Notes: generated by a model not told the origin, from the sequence alone. 32,000 nucleotides of DNA from Candidatus Nitrosopumilus koreensis AR1 (GCF_000299365.1 NC_018655.1:1230001-1262000); one strand, 5' to 3'. Positions 9,160-18,783 are shown, numbered from the stretch's first letter. Numbers and translations are program-made.

Positions 9160-11295
9160 TCAAACAGGCAAAACTATATGAAAAGTTGTAGGGTTTAGAG
9201 ATACAGAGATAGAACCTCCATGTTGTTCTATAATGTTTTTACAGGTAGTTAATCCCAATCCAGTACCCTGTTGTTTGGTAGTTGTCAAAGGTTCAAAAAC
9301 AGAATCAACGATATTTTTTGGTATTCCAATACCAGAATCTTGAAAATAAATATGGATTAGATTGTCGGTTTTTTTGTAGAATATTTTGATACTACCATCT
9401 TTATCCCCTATTGCATGAATTGAATTATGAATCAGATTAATGAAAACAATTTCAAGTTTATTGAGATCTGCACGAACTTCTAATTTTTCTTTTGGGAGTT
9501 CAACAGATATATGTTTTGGAATCATGATTTGAGTCAGCACATCTTGCAAAAATGATTTAAGTTCTAATGAGGAGTAATCAAGTTTGGATGTTTTTACAAA
9601 ATTTAACACATCATTAATTTGATGATCAATTCTACGTATAGATTTTTCAACAGATTCAAAATATTTTGTTAGTTCTTTTTCTTGTATGGTTTTCATTCTC
9701 AACACAATAACAGAATTTTTAATGGCTGTAAGCGGGTTTTTAATATCATGTGCAATACGAGCAGATAATTCACCTATCGTAAGCAATTTTTCAGTTTTTA
9801 GATTTTTTTCAACTATCTTTAATTTTTCTTGGAGTTGTTTTAATTCAGAAATATTAACTAAAACAGTATTACTTCCAATCAGAGCATTATTAGCATCATA
9901 CAGGTTCGATACTGAAATCAAACAAGTCACAATTTTACCGCTCTTTGATTCTAAATCAATCTCTAAACCTTGAACATTACCATGACCCTTCCAAGTCTGA
10001 AAAATTTGTTCTAATTTTTTCTTATCATGATCAGCAACGTGATCGAATATGTGTGCTCCTATAACTTCATTTTTAGAATATTCAAGGGTTTCACAATATT
10101 TCTTATTACAATTATTGATTTTCCCATCCAATCCAACACTTCTTAACATCTCAGGCATGCCATCATAGAGATTTTGATATCTTTCTGAAAGCGATTTGAT
10201 GGAGTCAGTGTATGATTTTATTTCATCAACCATTTGTTTGAAACTTCGTGCTAATTTTCCAATTTCATCATTACCAAATTTACTAATATCAATCTGAAAT
10301 TGCCTTTGAGTAATGTTACTAGTCTGAGATTCCAAAATACGTATAGGTCTTGTAAGAATTCGGGCAAAATATAACGAAGTTGCAATTGCAACAAGAATAG
10401 AAAATACGATCAATATTATCAATAGAATAATAGTCTGGTAAAAGGAACCAAATAATTCTGGAGAAGAAAATTCAATTGCATAATAATAATCATCATAATT
10501 TGTAGAAATTAGATAGAAAACTGAATCATGATAATGTATAGTTTGTATCAAAGAATTATCTACTAGATTGTTTAACGATGTTTGTAATTGTAGTTTTTTT
10601 TCATTTGAGAAATTATTAAAAAAAGATGTTGCAGATTGGATGTCTTTTGAAATAGTATCACCATCAGAATTTATAATGGTACGAGACAAATAAGAATTTG
10701 AAGAGAAAGTAGGTGGCAACACAACATCATAAATTAATAACACATATCCAATAGTTTCGACATCATTATTGATGGTACTCAAAAATCCCAGACTATTTCC
10801 AAAGCGCATATCAAATTCAGAAATAACATTTAATTTTTTTAAATCATTTTTGTTTTGAATTTTCATTTGAATATATTCTACATATGGCTTGTACGAAGAA
10901 AGAACATCTACAGTGTAAACCATATTACTAAATTTATCAAAAATAATAATATTTTGAATATTTTTATTGTTATTTTCAAAGGAAGAGGAAATAGACTCTA
11001 GTTGGAAGAGATATGGTAATGATTCAACAGAGGTTGATGTATCCAAAAAAGTCATTGAATGGATAAGTATGTTATTTTTTGAAAAAATATCTAAAGAATT
11101 TTCAATATAAGACAGGTTATCATAGATTTGAGTTTGTCCAGAAATTAAATCAGAATTTATTTCAGATTGAACAGTATTTGAAAAATTTTCATATTCATTT
11201 ATCAACAAAAAAGTACTAAAAAGAGTCAAAGGGATGACGCTAGATAACAAGACAATGAAGAGCAGCCTATGATAGAAACTAGAAAAAAAATTCAT
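9160..11295 (-). CDS. Sensor histidine kinase (TM, ~270-aa extracytoplasmic domain, TM, HAMP, PAS, HisKA, HATPase_c)
   Basis: H-box SARIAHDIKNPLTAI, N-box FINLIHNSIHA, G-boxes DSGIGI and GTGLGL. Two hydrophobic segments flank a large outside domain. The ATG at 11295 overlaps the upstream stop (ATGA). Confidence 0.9.
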   Translation of the reverse strand: MNFFSSFYHRLLFIVLLSSVIPLTLFSTFLLINEYENFSNTVQSEINSDLISGQTQIYDNLSYIENSLDIFSKNNILIHSMTFLDTSTSVESLPYLFQLESISSSFENNNKNIQNIIIFDKFSNMVYTVDVLSSYKPYVEYIQMKIQNKNDLKKLNVISEFDMRFGNSLGFLSTINNDVETIGYVLLIYDVVLPPTFSSNSYLSRTIINSDGDTISKDIQSATSFFNNFSNEKKLQLQTSLNNLVDNSLIQTIHYHDSVFYLISTNYDDYYYAIEFSSPELFGSFYQTIILLIILIVFSILVAIATSLYFARILTRPIRILESQTSNITQRQFQIDISKFGNDEIGKLARSFKQMVDEIKSYTDSIKSLSERYQNLYDGMPEMLRSVGLDGKINNCNKKYCETLEYSKNEVIGAHIFDHVADHDKKKLEQIFQTWKGHGNVQGLEIDLESKSGKIVTCLISVSNLYDANNALIGSNTVLVNISELKQLQEKLKIVEKNLKTEKLLTIGELSARIAHDIKNPLTAIKNSVIVLRMKTIQEKELTKYFESVEKSIRRIDHQINDVLNFVKTSKLDYSSLELKSFLQDVLTQIMIPKHISVELPKEKLEVRADLNKLEIVFINLIHNSIHAIGDKDGSIKIFYKKTDNLIHIYFQDSGIGIPKNIVDSVFEPLTTTKQQGTGLGLTTCKNIIEQHGGSISVSLNPTTFHIVLPV

Positions 11296-12581
11296 GACTG
11301 GTTTTCCCAGGAATTTCCCCATTTTGCATAAAGGTAATTTAAGAAATCATTCCATTCACCGACTGTTCTTGTATCAGGGTAAGGATTAGGAGGGATGGGG
11401 TTTTGAGAGCTGAAAATAATTTCAACTTGACCATCAGACAAGATTTTACCTATACGCATAGTTTTGTAAACATGATTAGTAGGATCAATACCAGTTATTC
11501 CACTAGGGGCAGAAAAGGTAATTTGTTTTAACTTATCAAGCACGTCATCATTTTCAAAAGAATTTGCTTTTTCAACAGCCTTTGCATAAAGGTAAATTCC
11601 TACATAAGCTGCCTCCATAGAATCAGAAATGAAATACTTAGACCCAAGTGTTTTTTTAATATTTGACACAAATTGACGGTTCTCATAACTGGGTATATTT
11701 TCAAAATAATTCCACACAAGATAATCATCTTCTACAGATACAGCATAATTAGAGATTTGTGATTGACTCAAACTAAAAGACATGGTAGGAATCAGATCAG
11801 AAGTTATTCCCTGTTTTCTTAATTCTTTAAAAAAATATTCGTTGCTATCACCGTTAATAGTGTTAATAATTACATCAGGATTTGTTTTCTTTATGTTTGC
11901 AACTATATCCACAAAATTTTTTGCTCCAAGTAATGCATATTCTTCTCCAACAATATCAAAACCGTATGTTTTAGAATAGTCTTTGATTATTGTATTTGCA
12001 CTATATGGAAAAACATAATCAGACCCCACCAAGAAAAATTTTGTTCCAAGATTTTCTTGTGCCCAGATTATTCCAGGTATTACCTGTTGATTCGGGGCAG
12101 CCCCCAGATAAAGAATATTCGGACGAGATTCTAATCCTTCGTATTGTACAGGATAAAATAAAACCGCATCATATTCATCTAATACAGGAATCATGCTTTT
12201 TCTACTTGCGGAAGTCCATCCACCAAAAATTACAGACACATTATCATCTTTTAGTAAATCGGTTGCTCTAGATGCAAATGTTTGTCCATTTGATTCACCA
12301 TCATAAATTATTGGAACAATTTTTTTATCTAACAAACCACCTTTGGAATTAATTTCTTCAATCGCAAATAATGTTGCATTAAGCACAGGCAATTCACTTG
12401 AGGCCATAGTTCCAGTTAACGAATGTAATATTCCAACTTTAATCACATCGTGTTGTTGAGAAATATTTTGACTTGGAGTTAATACAGATTCAGAATCAAA
12501 TGAAAAGAAGAAAAAAAGACCTAAAGCAAAAACAAAGAATCCAATTAATGCAAGAATCACAAATTCATTTCTTTGATTCAA
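11292..12581 (-). CDS. Type I periplasmic-binding-fold protein, UrtA/AmiC/FmdD (urea/short-amide binding)-like, membrane-anchored
   Basis: 429 aa with an N-terminal anchor. From memory, KVGILHSLTGTMA, GGWTSASRK, LFYPVQYEG, VGSDYVFP and NTINGDSN closely follow UrtA/AmiC-clade signature blocks. No ABC permease or ATPase genes nearby. Confidence 0.75.
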   Translation of the reverse strand: MNQRNEFVILALIGFFVFALGLFFFFSFDSESVLTPSQNISQQHDVIKVGILHSLTGTMASSELPVLNATLFAIEEINSKGGLLDKKIVPIIYDGESNGQTFASRATDLLKDDNVSVIFGGWTSASRKSMIPVLDEYDAVLFYPVQYEGLESRPNILYLGAAPNQQVIPGIIWAQENLGTKFFLVGSDYVFPYSANTIIKDYSKTYGFDIVGEEYALLGAKNFVDIVANIKKTNPDVIINTINGDSNEYFFKELRKQGITSDLIPTMSFSLSQSQISNYAVSVEDDYLVWNYFENIPSYENRQFVSNIKKTLGSKYFISDSMEAAYVGIYLYAKAVEKANSFENDDVLDKLKQITFSAPSGITGIDPTNHVYKTMRIGKILSDGQVEIIFSSQNPIPPNPYPDTRTVGEWNDFLNYLYAKWGNSWENQS

Positions 12582-12705
12582 TTTTTTTCAGTATATTTTG
12601 AATTATTTATCTATGTTTATCATAGTTTGAAAAAAGATGTAAAAAAATATCACCTTACATCACGGCAAATAGAAAGGATTATCAATTATCATTAGAAATC
12701 ATTGT

Positions 12706-13066
12706 GTGGATGAAGTAAAATTTGAAGAGTTATGCAAACAAATCTTTGCAATAAATGAAAAAATCCGTTTTGTAGGTATTGTAGAAAATAACAAGTTTTT
12801 TTATAAAATGAGAGAAGGAATAAACTCATATCTTTCTAAAAAAACAAACAGAAGAATCTCTTCTAGGAGCATTGAAAAGATGGGAAATTAGAGATGAATT
12901 TAAAGAAGAGATTGGAGATGCGTTTTACGCAATGGCAATGTATGAACAAACAAAACGATTTACAATGAAGATGGGAAAGGGATTGTTGTGCATCAGTACA
13001 GAAATAGATGTTGATAACGATGAGATTGTCATGAAGGTACTAAATGAAACCAGTAAGGTATTATGA
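12706..13066 (+). pseudogene. Small conserved hypothetical protein (~120 aa) split by a frameshift in an A7 run; distant paralog of 31600-31986
   Basis: ORFs 12706-12891 and 12872-13066 overlap. Reading A7 (12838-12844) as A6 gives a continuous ...SYLSKKQTEESLLGALKRWEIRDEF... Similar length and pattern to the 128-aa ORF at the window end. GTG start. Confidence 0.55.
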
Positions 13067-13165
13067 TATAGACATTAAATATCAGATCCGTGATTAGTAA
13101 GAATAGATTGATATACACATAGAGTCCAGTTTTTGTCAAAGTCCACAATTTTAGAGTGAAAAAGA

Positions 13166-14827
13166 ATGAAATGGAAAACACTACAACACAACGGAATCTT
13201 ATTTCCTCCTGCCTATGAGGCACAGGGTATTAAAATAAAGATCAAAGGAGAAAAAATCAATCTCAGTTTAGAGCAGGAAGAGATGGTATACCAATGGGCA
13301 AAAAAGAAAGACACCCCATATGCTCAAGACAAAGTTTTTCAAAAAAATTTTACAGCAGATTTTGCAAAAACACTAGATTCTAAATTTAAAAAAATTTCAT
13401 ATGAAGATATTGATTTTTCTGATGCTTACAAGCTTGTAGACAAAGAAAAAGATCTCAAAGAGATGATGACAAAAGAAGAAAAAAAGGCAATTGCTGCAAA
13501 AAGAAAAGAGCTTCGTGAAGAACTCAAAGCAAAATACGGAGTTGCCATCATGGATGGAATAAAAGTCGAAGTTGGAAACTACATGGCAGAACCACCAGGA
13601 ATTTTTATTGGCAGAGGAGAGCATCCATTACGAGGACGATGGAAACCTCGTGTTACACCAAAAGATGTCACGCTAAACATGGGAAAAGAGGCAAAAATTC
13701 CTGAAGGAAAATGGGGTAAAATTATTCATGATAAAGATTCAATGTGGCTTGCAAGTTGGATGGATTTTCTTACACAAAAAAGAAAGTATGTTTGGCTTGC
13801 AGACACTGCAGGACTAAAACAAGACAGAGACAAAGAAAAGTATGAAAAAGCAGTAAAGCTTGCAAAAGAAATTGAAAAAATCAAAGATAGAATTGTAAAA
13901 GATATGAAGAGTGCGGATCCAAAAATTAGTAGAATTGCTACTGCATGTTATTTGATTTACAGAACTGCTATGAGAGTGGGAGATGAAAAGGATCCAGAAG
14001 AAGCAGATACTGTTGGTGCAACTACCCTAAGAAAAGAACATATCAAAATTACTTCAGATGCAATAGAATTTGACTTTTTAGGAAAAGACAGCGTCAGATG
14101 GCAAGAGACAGTCAAAGCAGAAGGACAAGACAAACAATTTCAAGAAAACCTCAAGAAATTAGTAGAAAAGAAAAAACCAAAAGATGAGATTTTTCACGAT
14201 ATAACTTCACGACATGTTAATGCATATTATTCTAGTATTGTAAAGGGACTTACTGCAAAAGTATTCAGAACATATCTGGCAACAACCGTGGTCAAAGATT
14301 ATCTAAAAGAACATGACAACATGAAGGGAAAATCAGACAATGAGAAACTATACCATGCAAAACTAGCAAATCTTGAAGCCGCAATTATGTGTAATCACAA
14401 ACGAACCATACCAAAAACGTTTGAGCAGTCATTACAAAAAAAGAAAGATACTCTCAAGAACAGGGAAAAAGAAAAAGCATGGGAGAAAACACAGCAGACC
14501 CTCAAAAAAGTAGAATCAACTGAGCCAAAGACAGAGACTCAAAAAAAGAACAAGGCAAAAAGAATCAAGACATTAAATGAGCAAATCAAGAAACAAAAAC
14601 AAAAACACAAAGAACGAATTGAGAAACTAAAGTTACAGGTTGACTTGTCAGAAAGGACTAGGGATTACAATCTTGGAACGTCACTTAGAAATTACATAGA
14701 TCCACGTGTTTTCAAGGCATGGACTGATGAGGTAGGTGCAGAATGGGAGAAATTGTATACTGCTGCACTTCAAAAGAAGTTCCTCTGGGTCAAAAATGAA
14801 AACGTAAAGTGGAAGGAAATTAAATAA
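13166..14827 (+). CDS. top1: DNA topoisomerase IB (eukaryotic type)
   Basis: 553 aa. N-terminal WKTLQHNGILFPP, core AxxYLIYRTAMRVGDEK, lysine-rich linker, and C-terminal LGTSLRNYIDPRV carrying the catalytic Tyr context (SKxNYxDPR). Confidence 0.92.
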   Translation: MKWKTLQHNGILFPPAYEAQGIKIKIKGEKINLSLEQEEMVYQWAKKKDTPYAQDKVFQKNFTADFAKTLDSKFKKISYEDIDFSDAYKLVDKEKDLKEMMTKEEKKAIAAKRKELREELKAKYGVAIMDGIKVEVGNYMAEPPGIFIGRGEHPLRGRWKPRVTPKDVTLNMGKEAKIPEGKWGKIIHDKDSMWLASWMDFLTQKRKYVWLADTAGLKQDRDKEKYEKAVKLAKEIEKIKDRIVKDMKSADPKISRIATACYLIYRTAMRVGDEKDPEEADTVGATTLRKEHIKITSDAIEFDFLGKDSVRWQETVKAEGQDKQFQENLKKLVEKKKPKDEIFHDITSRHVNAYYSSIVKGLTAKVFRTYLATTVVKDYLKEHDNMKGKSDNEKLYHAKLANLEAAIMCNHKRTIPKTFEQSLQKKKDTLKNREKEKAWEKTQQTLKKVESTEPKTETQKKNKAKRIKTLNEQIKKQKQKHKERIEKLKLQVDLSERTRDYNLGTSLRNYIDPRVFKAWTDEVGAEWEKLYTAALQKKFLWVKNENVKWKEIK

Positions 14828-14837
14828 TTAAAAAAGA

Positions 14838-16442
14838 TTACTTGGGAACATATTCAAAGCCAGGTCCCCATGTAGAGCGCTGTCTCTTTTGATAATCCTT
14901 TGAAGACTCTACATCTCCTTTCTTAGGATCATTCATGCCAAGGTGAGGGTCTATCGGAGAATAACCCGAGCATTCAAAATGGAATTCATTTGTTAGTGCA
15001 AATCCATTGTAAAAGCTTTCTTCAAGATCATGTTCTGTTTTAAGAATATAATCAGTTACATGGCAACTTGAATAATCATATCCTCTAGCAAGAACATCTC
15101 CATACATCAAATCAATTTTTACATTAAACAATTCATCATTAGAAGAAACCCCAGTTGATTTTGCACCAGCCTTTCTAGCATTATCAACCACATCATAAAG
15201 CAATGGGGTTACTCCAGGCACTCCTACAAGTTCAAATGTAGGATTTGCTCTTGCAATCAGATTACCCTGATAAAACTCAGGAAATTCTACAATCTCAGTT
15301 CCACTATCAAAACTAAATGTAGCCACGGCTTTAGGACCAGTACCCATGTTATAATCAACTGTGACAGGCTCAGGTTCATTGTCTGGATTTACAGGACTCA
15401 ATCCAGAACACTCAACATCAAGAATTTCTGCAGTAGCAAATCCGCGTTTTCCAGTATACCCTTCTTCTTTATCTTGCAAAGTTAGTATATCATATCCACT
15501 TACAATACAGCCCTCATATTCAAGTCCACGTATTTTTTGTTCAGGTACTGCTGTTAATCCACTCAATTTTTCAGGAATTACAAATTCTACATTAACATCA
15601 AAGTCTTCATTAAAACTTGTCGCAAGGCCATCAACTTTTTGAGATTTTATAATTGCATTGTCAATTAATGGGTGAGGTAGCACTGCAGTGATTATTTGGA
15701 AGCTTGGAGTTCCAATATCTTCCTCACTAAATCCTCCAGTTGATGTAAAGATTACAGATTCTATCTTTTCAGCACCATTATCAAAGTCAAATGTTAGAAA
15801 AGTTCGTAAATCATTTGCTTGTTTGAATGGCAATGCGCCATAATCTGTAAAAGTTCTTTCTCCAGGACGTACACTTGGAAAATTTTCTTTTTGATTGATT
15901 GATACACCACCGCAGTTAAACTCTATGGAATTGACAATAGCAAATCCAGAGTTTGCTGCATGATAGGATTCATAATCATCATTTTGGGTTGTTACAGAAT
16001 GTGAAGTGATTTCACAGTTTCTGTATGAGAATGATTTCAAGGTTGTATCAGCTTGCATTATTTTTACATCCGCATCAAAAAATCTATGATCATATTCAAA
16101 TGCACTACCGCCAGTTAATTTTGCTAGTCTGAATTTGTATGCTTCATCTAATGCCATATGAAGATGAGGGTTATGACCAACTACACCTTCCATCGAAAAA
16201 CTAGTTCCAGAACCAGATACTATATCAGAAGTAGTTGAAAAGACAGGGAAATTTACAGTTTCAACACCGTCTCTAAAATGAAAAGTCGCCACATTGTGTA
16301 TTCCTGCTACAAAATCATATTCATGAGGAATTCCCTCATCATCTGCAAATGCCATGTTTGAAGATACTTGAGAATACATTAGAATTGTTGAGATTATTAG
16401 AATGGATGTCAGAAAAGCGGTTTTTTGAAAAAATCTCTTCAT
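14838..16442 (-). CDS. Secreted protein made of three ~145-aa divergent tandem domains of unknown function
   Basis: The start is taken at the internal MKRFFQKTAFLTSILIISTILMYSQVSSNMAFA, a signal-peptide-like sequence. Each repeat has (A/R)TFxFxxGxExVxFP near its start and ends in a C...ExxCxGxSP pattern. Confidence 0.7.
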   Translation of the reverse strand: MKRFFQKTAFLTSILIISTILMYSQVSSNMAFADDEGIPHEYDFVAGIHNVATFHFRDGVETVNFPVFSTTSDIVSGSGTSFSMEGVVGHNPHLHMALDEAYKFRLAKLTGGSAFEYDHRFFDADVKIMQADTTLKSFSYRNCEITSHSVTTQNDDYESYHAANSGFAIVNSIEFNCGGVSINQKENFPSVRPGERTFTDYGALPFKQANDLRTFLTFDFDNGAEKIESVIFTSTGGFSEEDIGTPSFQIITAVLPHPLIDNAIIKSQKVDGLATSFNEDFDVNVEFVIPEKLSGLTAVPEQKIRGLEYEGCIVSGYDILTLQDKEEGYTGKRGFATAEILDVECSGLSPVNPDNEPEPVTVDYNMGTGPKAVATFSFDSGTEIVEFPEFYQGNLIARANPTFELVGVPGVTPLLYDVVDNARKAGAKSTGVSSNDELFNVKIDLMYGDVLARGYDYSSCHVTDYILKTEHDLEESFYNGFALTNEFHFECSGYSPIDPHLGMNDPKKGDVESSKDYQKRQRSTWGPGFEYVPK

Positions 16443-16593
16443 TGAGGCCAATATTCCAAAAAAGAAGTTAAAGAGTGAGTATTCATTGCAAGGCAGTGTA
16501 TTTTTTTGAAAAAATTTAGTTATAAAAAAACAAAAATGCAAGCAAAATTTTGAAAGAATCATTTAATTTCCCATATTTTCAGGCATATACTAT

Positions 16594-16707
16594 GCCGGGG
16601 TAGCTCAGCCTGGTTAGAGTGCCAGTTACTTGGTAAACTCTAGCGGTTCTCCAACTAAGGCAATACTCATAATCTGGAGGTCGCGAGTTCGAAACTCGCC
16701 CCCGGCA
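16594..16707 (+). tRNA. tRNA with CAT anticodon (elongator Met or Ile2) containing a 39-nt intron at a non-canonical position (30/31)
   Basis: Perfect 7-bp acceptor stem GCCGGGG/CCCCGGC. D arm GCTC-AGCCTGGTTA-GAGT, T arm GCGAG-TTCGAAA-CTCGC. Removing 16626-16664 restores the anticodon arm CCAGA-CTCATAA-TCTGG, giving a 75-nt mature tRNA. Confidence 0.85.
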
Positions 16708-16830
16708 CACATACGGCATCCAACTAAAGATGCAATACAGTACCAGGTTCAAAACTATGTAGAACTATGCAATTTTCACAGGGTATCTAACTACACTGCA
16801 ATGGAGTTTAATTCACGTGGGCTTGGATAA

Positions 16831-17631
16831 TTAGGATATTTTGAATAATTTTTTTGCATGTTTATACATGAAACCATCCCTGAACTCACTTTTGATTTTC
16901 AATTTTGCAACAAAATTAAGATAAGAATCCATTGTACTTATTGGCCAATCAGTACCGTATAGAAGATAACGAGGTTCACCTGCATAGTTGATAAGCTCTG
17001 CAACTTTTTCCTTTATCATTTTTTCAAAATAATGATCAAACGAACCTATTACCAATCCAGAAACGTCTGCATACACATTCTTATTTTTGTAGAGAACTTC
17101 TTGGGCATCTTGAATCCAAGGATTTCCTAAATGACACATAACAATTTTTAGTTCAGGATTGTCTACTGCAACCTCATCTAGGTTAAGTGGTCTTGCAAAA
17201 CGCAACTTTCCCTTTTCAGAATAAGTATCTCCCGTATGAAACATCACAGGAATGCCAAACTCTATGCATGTATCATAGACTTTTTGGTAACGCTCGTCAT
17301 ACGGATAATAATGCTCATATCCAGAATAAATCTTCATGGCTTTGATTTTACCGTCTTTTATCCATTGCCGATACTTTCGCAAGTCATCATCTGTATGGTT
17401 GTCAATGGTAAATCCTGCTGCAATCCCTAAATTGTCATATTTTTGAATGGCGTCAATGATCTGTTTTGTTGATGGACGTTCAGAATTGACTTTGTAAGAA
17501 GACAGTATTATGGCATAATCTACATTATTGTTGGTCATCTCAGTTTGAAGTGCGTTTAAACGATCTTCCAAGTTTGGAACATTCTGAAGTAGTTCGTATT
17601 GATTTATGTGAACGTGGCAATCAATGATCAT
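16831..17631 (-). CDS. Metal-dependent TIM-barrel amidohydrolase (amidohydrolase_2-like)
   Basis: N-terminal IDCHVH metal motif, later FHTGD, CHLGNPW and GTDWP. Confidence 0.75.
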   Translation of the reverse strand: MIIDCHVHINQYELLQNVPNLEDRLNALQTEMTNNNVDYAIILSSYKVNSERPSTKQIIDAIQKYDNLGIAAGFTIDNHTDDDLRKYRQWIKDGKIKAMKIYSGYEHYYPYDERYQKVYDTCIEFGIPVMFHTGDTYSEKGKLRFARPLNLDEVAVDNPELKIVMCHLGNPWIQDAQEVLYKNKNVYADVSGLVIGSFDHYFEKMIKEKVAELINYAGEPRYLLYGTDWPISTMDSYLNFVAKLKIKSEFRDGFMYKHAKKLFKIS

Positions 17632-18268
17632 TGTCTACAAAATTGGGGTTTTTCCATTCAATAAAAGTTGCATAGTTTAGAGACCTAGAATCTTTGATGT
17701 AATTTGGCAGAATTTTGATAAATCTGAACCCATTTCTTAATTGGAATGATAAAACAGGTTCTCGTATTTCATGGCGTTTGACCTTTTTGACATAATCAAT
17801 CGGAGTCAATGATTCTGCATGTTCACAGTAATTGAAGATTCTTCCGCCTGCAATAATCCTTTTTAGTCCTAATTTTATTGCAAGATCCTTTCGGGCATTA
17901 TACAATTTTGTGGCAATTCCCAATCGTCTAAAATCAGGATGAGTTAATACCTCTGCTCCATAAAGAGTATCTCCTTTCGGATCATGATTTTTAAACATGC
18001 TATCTCCACAGACTTCTCTCCACGAATGTTCTTTGTATTCAGGATTTAATGTGATTATCAAACTACTAGACGAACCAACTATCATGTCTTTGTATTCTGC
18101 TACAATCTGCCCCTCAGGAAATTTGTTTATATGCTCTTTGAGGTGCTTGGGTTTCCAATAGACCCCTTCAGCTGCCATGTAAGGAAAGGCAACTTTTTCT
18201 AATTCAATAATTTTTGAGATATCCTCCAAATCCATTTTACGGACAGTTACATAGTTTTTAGTATTCAT
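17621..18268 (-). CDS. GNAT-family N-acetyltransferase
   Basis: Acetyl-CoA motif A region (HPDFRRLGIATKLY). Overlaps the downstream amidohydrolase by 11 nt. Confidence 0.7.
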   Translation of the reverse strand: MNTKNYVTVRKMDLEDISKIIELEKVAFPYMAAEGVYWKPKHLKEHINKFPEGQIVAEYKDMIVGSSSSLIITLNPEYKEHSWREVCGDSMFKNHDPKGDTLYGAEVLTHPDFRRLGIATKLYNARKDLAIKLGLKRIIAGGRIFNYCEHAESLTPIDYVKKVKRHEIREPVLSFQLRNGFRFIKILPNYIKDSRSLNYATFIEWKNPNFVDNDH

Positions 18269-18405
18269 GTTATTTTTAGCAATTTTATAGTATTTTTTTA
18301 CAAATAAAAGAATTCAGAGAATTGGTTGAATGTGTATGGGATTTGATCTCAGGGAATTAGACTAGTTTGAACATTTTTGTTTTATCTTTATTATGCAAAG
18401 ATATG

Positions 18406-18567
18406 TCATGATTCCTTGTGTTGAACAACCCAGTCTTTGATTGCCATGTCTGTGCGATGTTTCTGACATCTGACATGAGGACATGGAATCAATCTAGTGC
18501 ATTCTGGCTCTTCACATTTTCTATATGATCCTGGAATGTTGGTTCCTTTAGGAGAAATTAATGTCAT
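18406..18567 (-). CDS. Cys/His-rich miniprotein (53 aa)
   Basis: My own translation: MTLISPKGTNIPGSYRKCEEPECTRLIPCPHVRCQKHRTDMAIKDWVVQHKES. It starts 1 nt after the upstream miniprotein stop and is last in a five-gene string. Confidence 0.5.
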   Translation of the reverse strand: MTLISPKGTNIPGSYRKCEEPECTRLIPCPHVRCQKHRTDMAIKDWVVQHKES

Positions 18568-18568
18568 G

Positions 18569-18691
18569 TTAATTTTTTGACCGTTTAGAACTGCTCTTTT
18601 TCAAATGGGTTTTTTCGTGTTTGCGTACTTCATCAAACGTGTATGATGTTCCAATCCAATGAAAATCGCATTGACTGCATCGATACTTCAT
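18569..18691 (-). CDS. C2H2-like zinc-finger miniprotein (40 aa), MKYxCxxC...HEKTH family
   Basis: MKYRCSQCDFHWIGTSYTFDEVRKHEKTHLKKSSSKRSKN. Paralogs at 18784-18891, 27405-27632 and 31094-31210. ATGA overlap with the upstream ORF. Confidence 0.7.
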   Translation of the reverse strand: MKYRCSQCDFHWIGTSYTFDEVRKHEKTHLKKSSSKRSKN

Positions 18692-18783
18692 TTTTTAAGA
18701 CACCTACACCCACAGTCAAACATTCCAGCTTTTTCCATGCATTGTTCATGATGTTCGTTATAGCACTTGTTACAGGTTATCAT
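18688..18783 (-). CDS. Cys-rich miniprotein (31 aa), CNKCYN...MEKAGMF family
   Basis: MITCNKCYNEHHEQCMEKAGMFDCGCRCLKK. About 80 percent identical to 31012-31107, and several of the differences are synonymous. Confidence 0.7.
   Translation of the reverse strand: MITCNKCYNEHHEQCMEKAGMFDCGCRCLKK

Noticed and set aside
16630-16830. 66-aa ORF overlapping the tRNA
   Set aside because: It lies inside and downstream of a perfectly folding tRNA gene, has a TTG start and shows no motif.
16708-16830. Possible integrated element next to the tRNA 3' end
   Set aside because: No integrase is present, I could not find a direct repeat of the tRNA 3' end in the window, and the flanking genes are ordinary metabolic genes.
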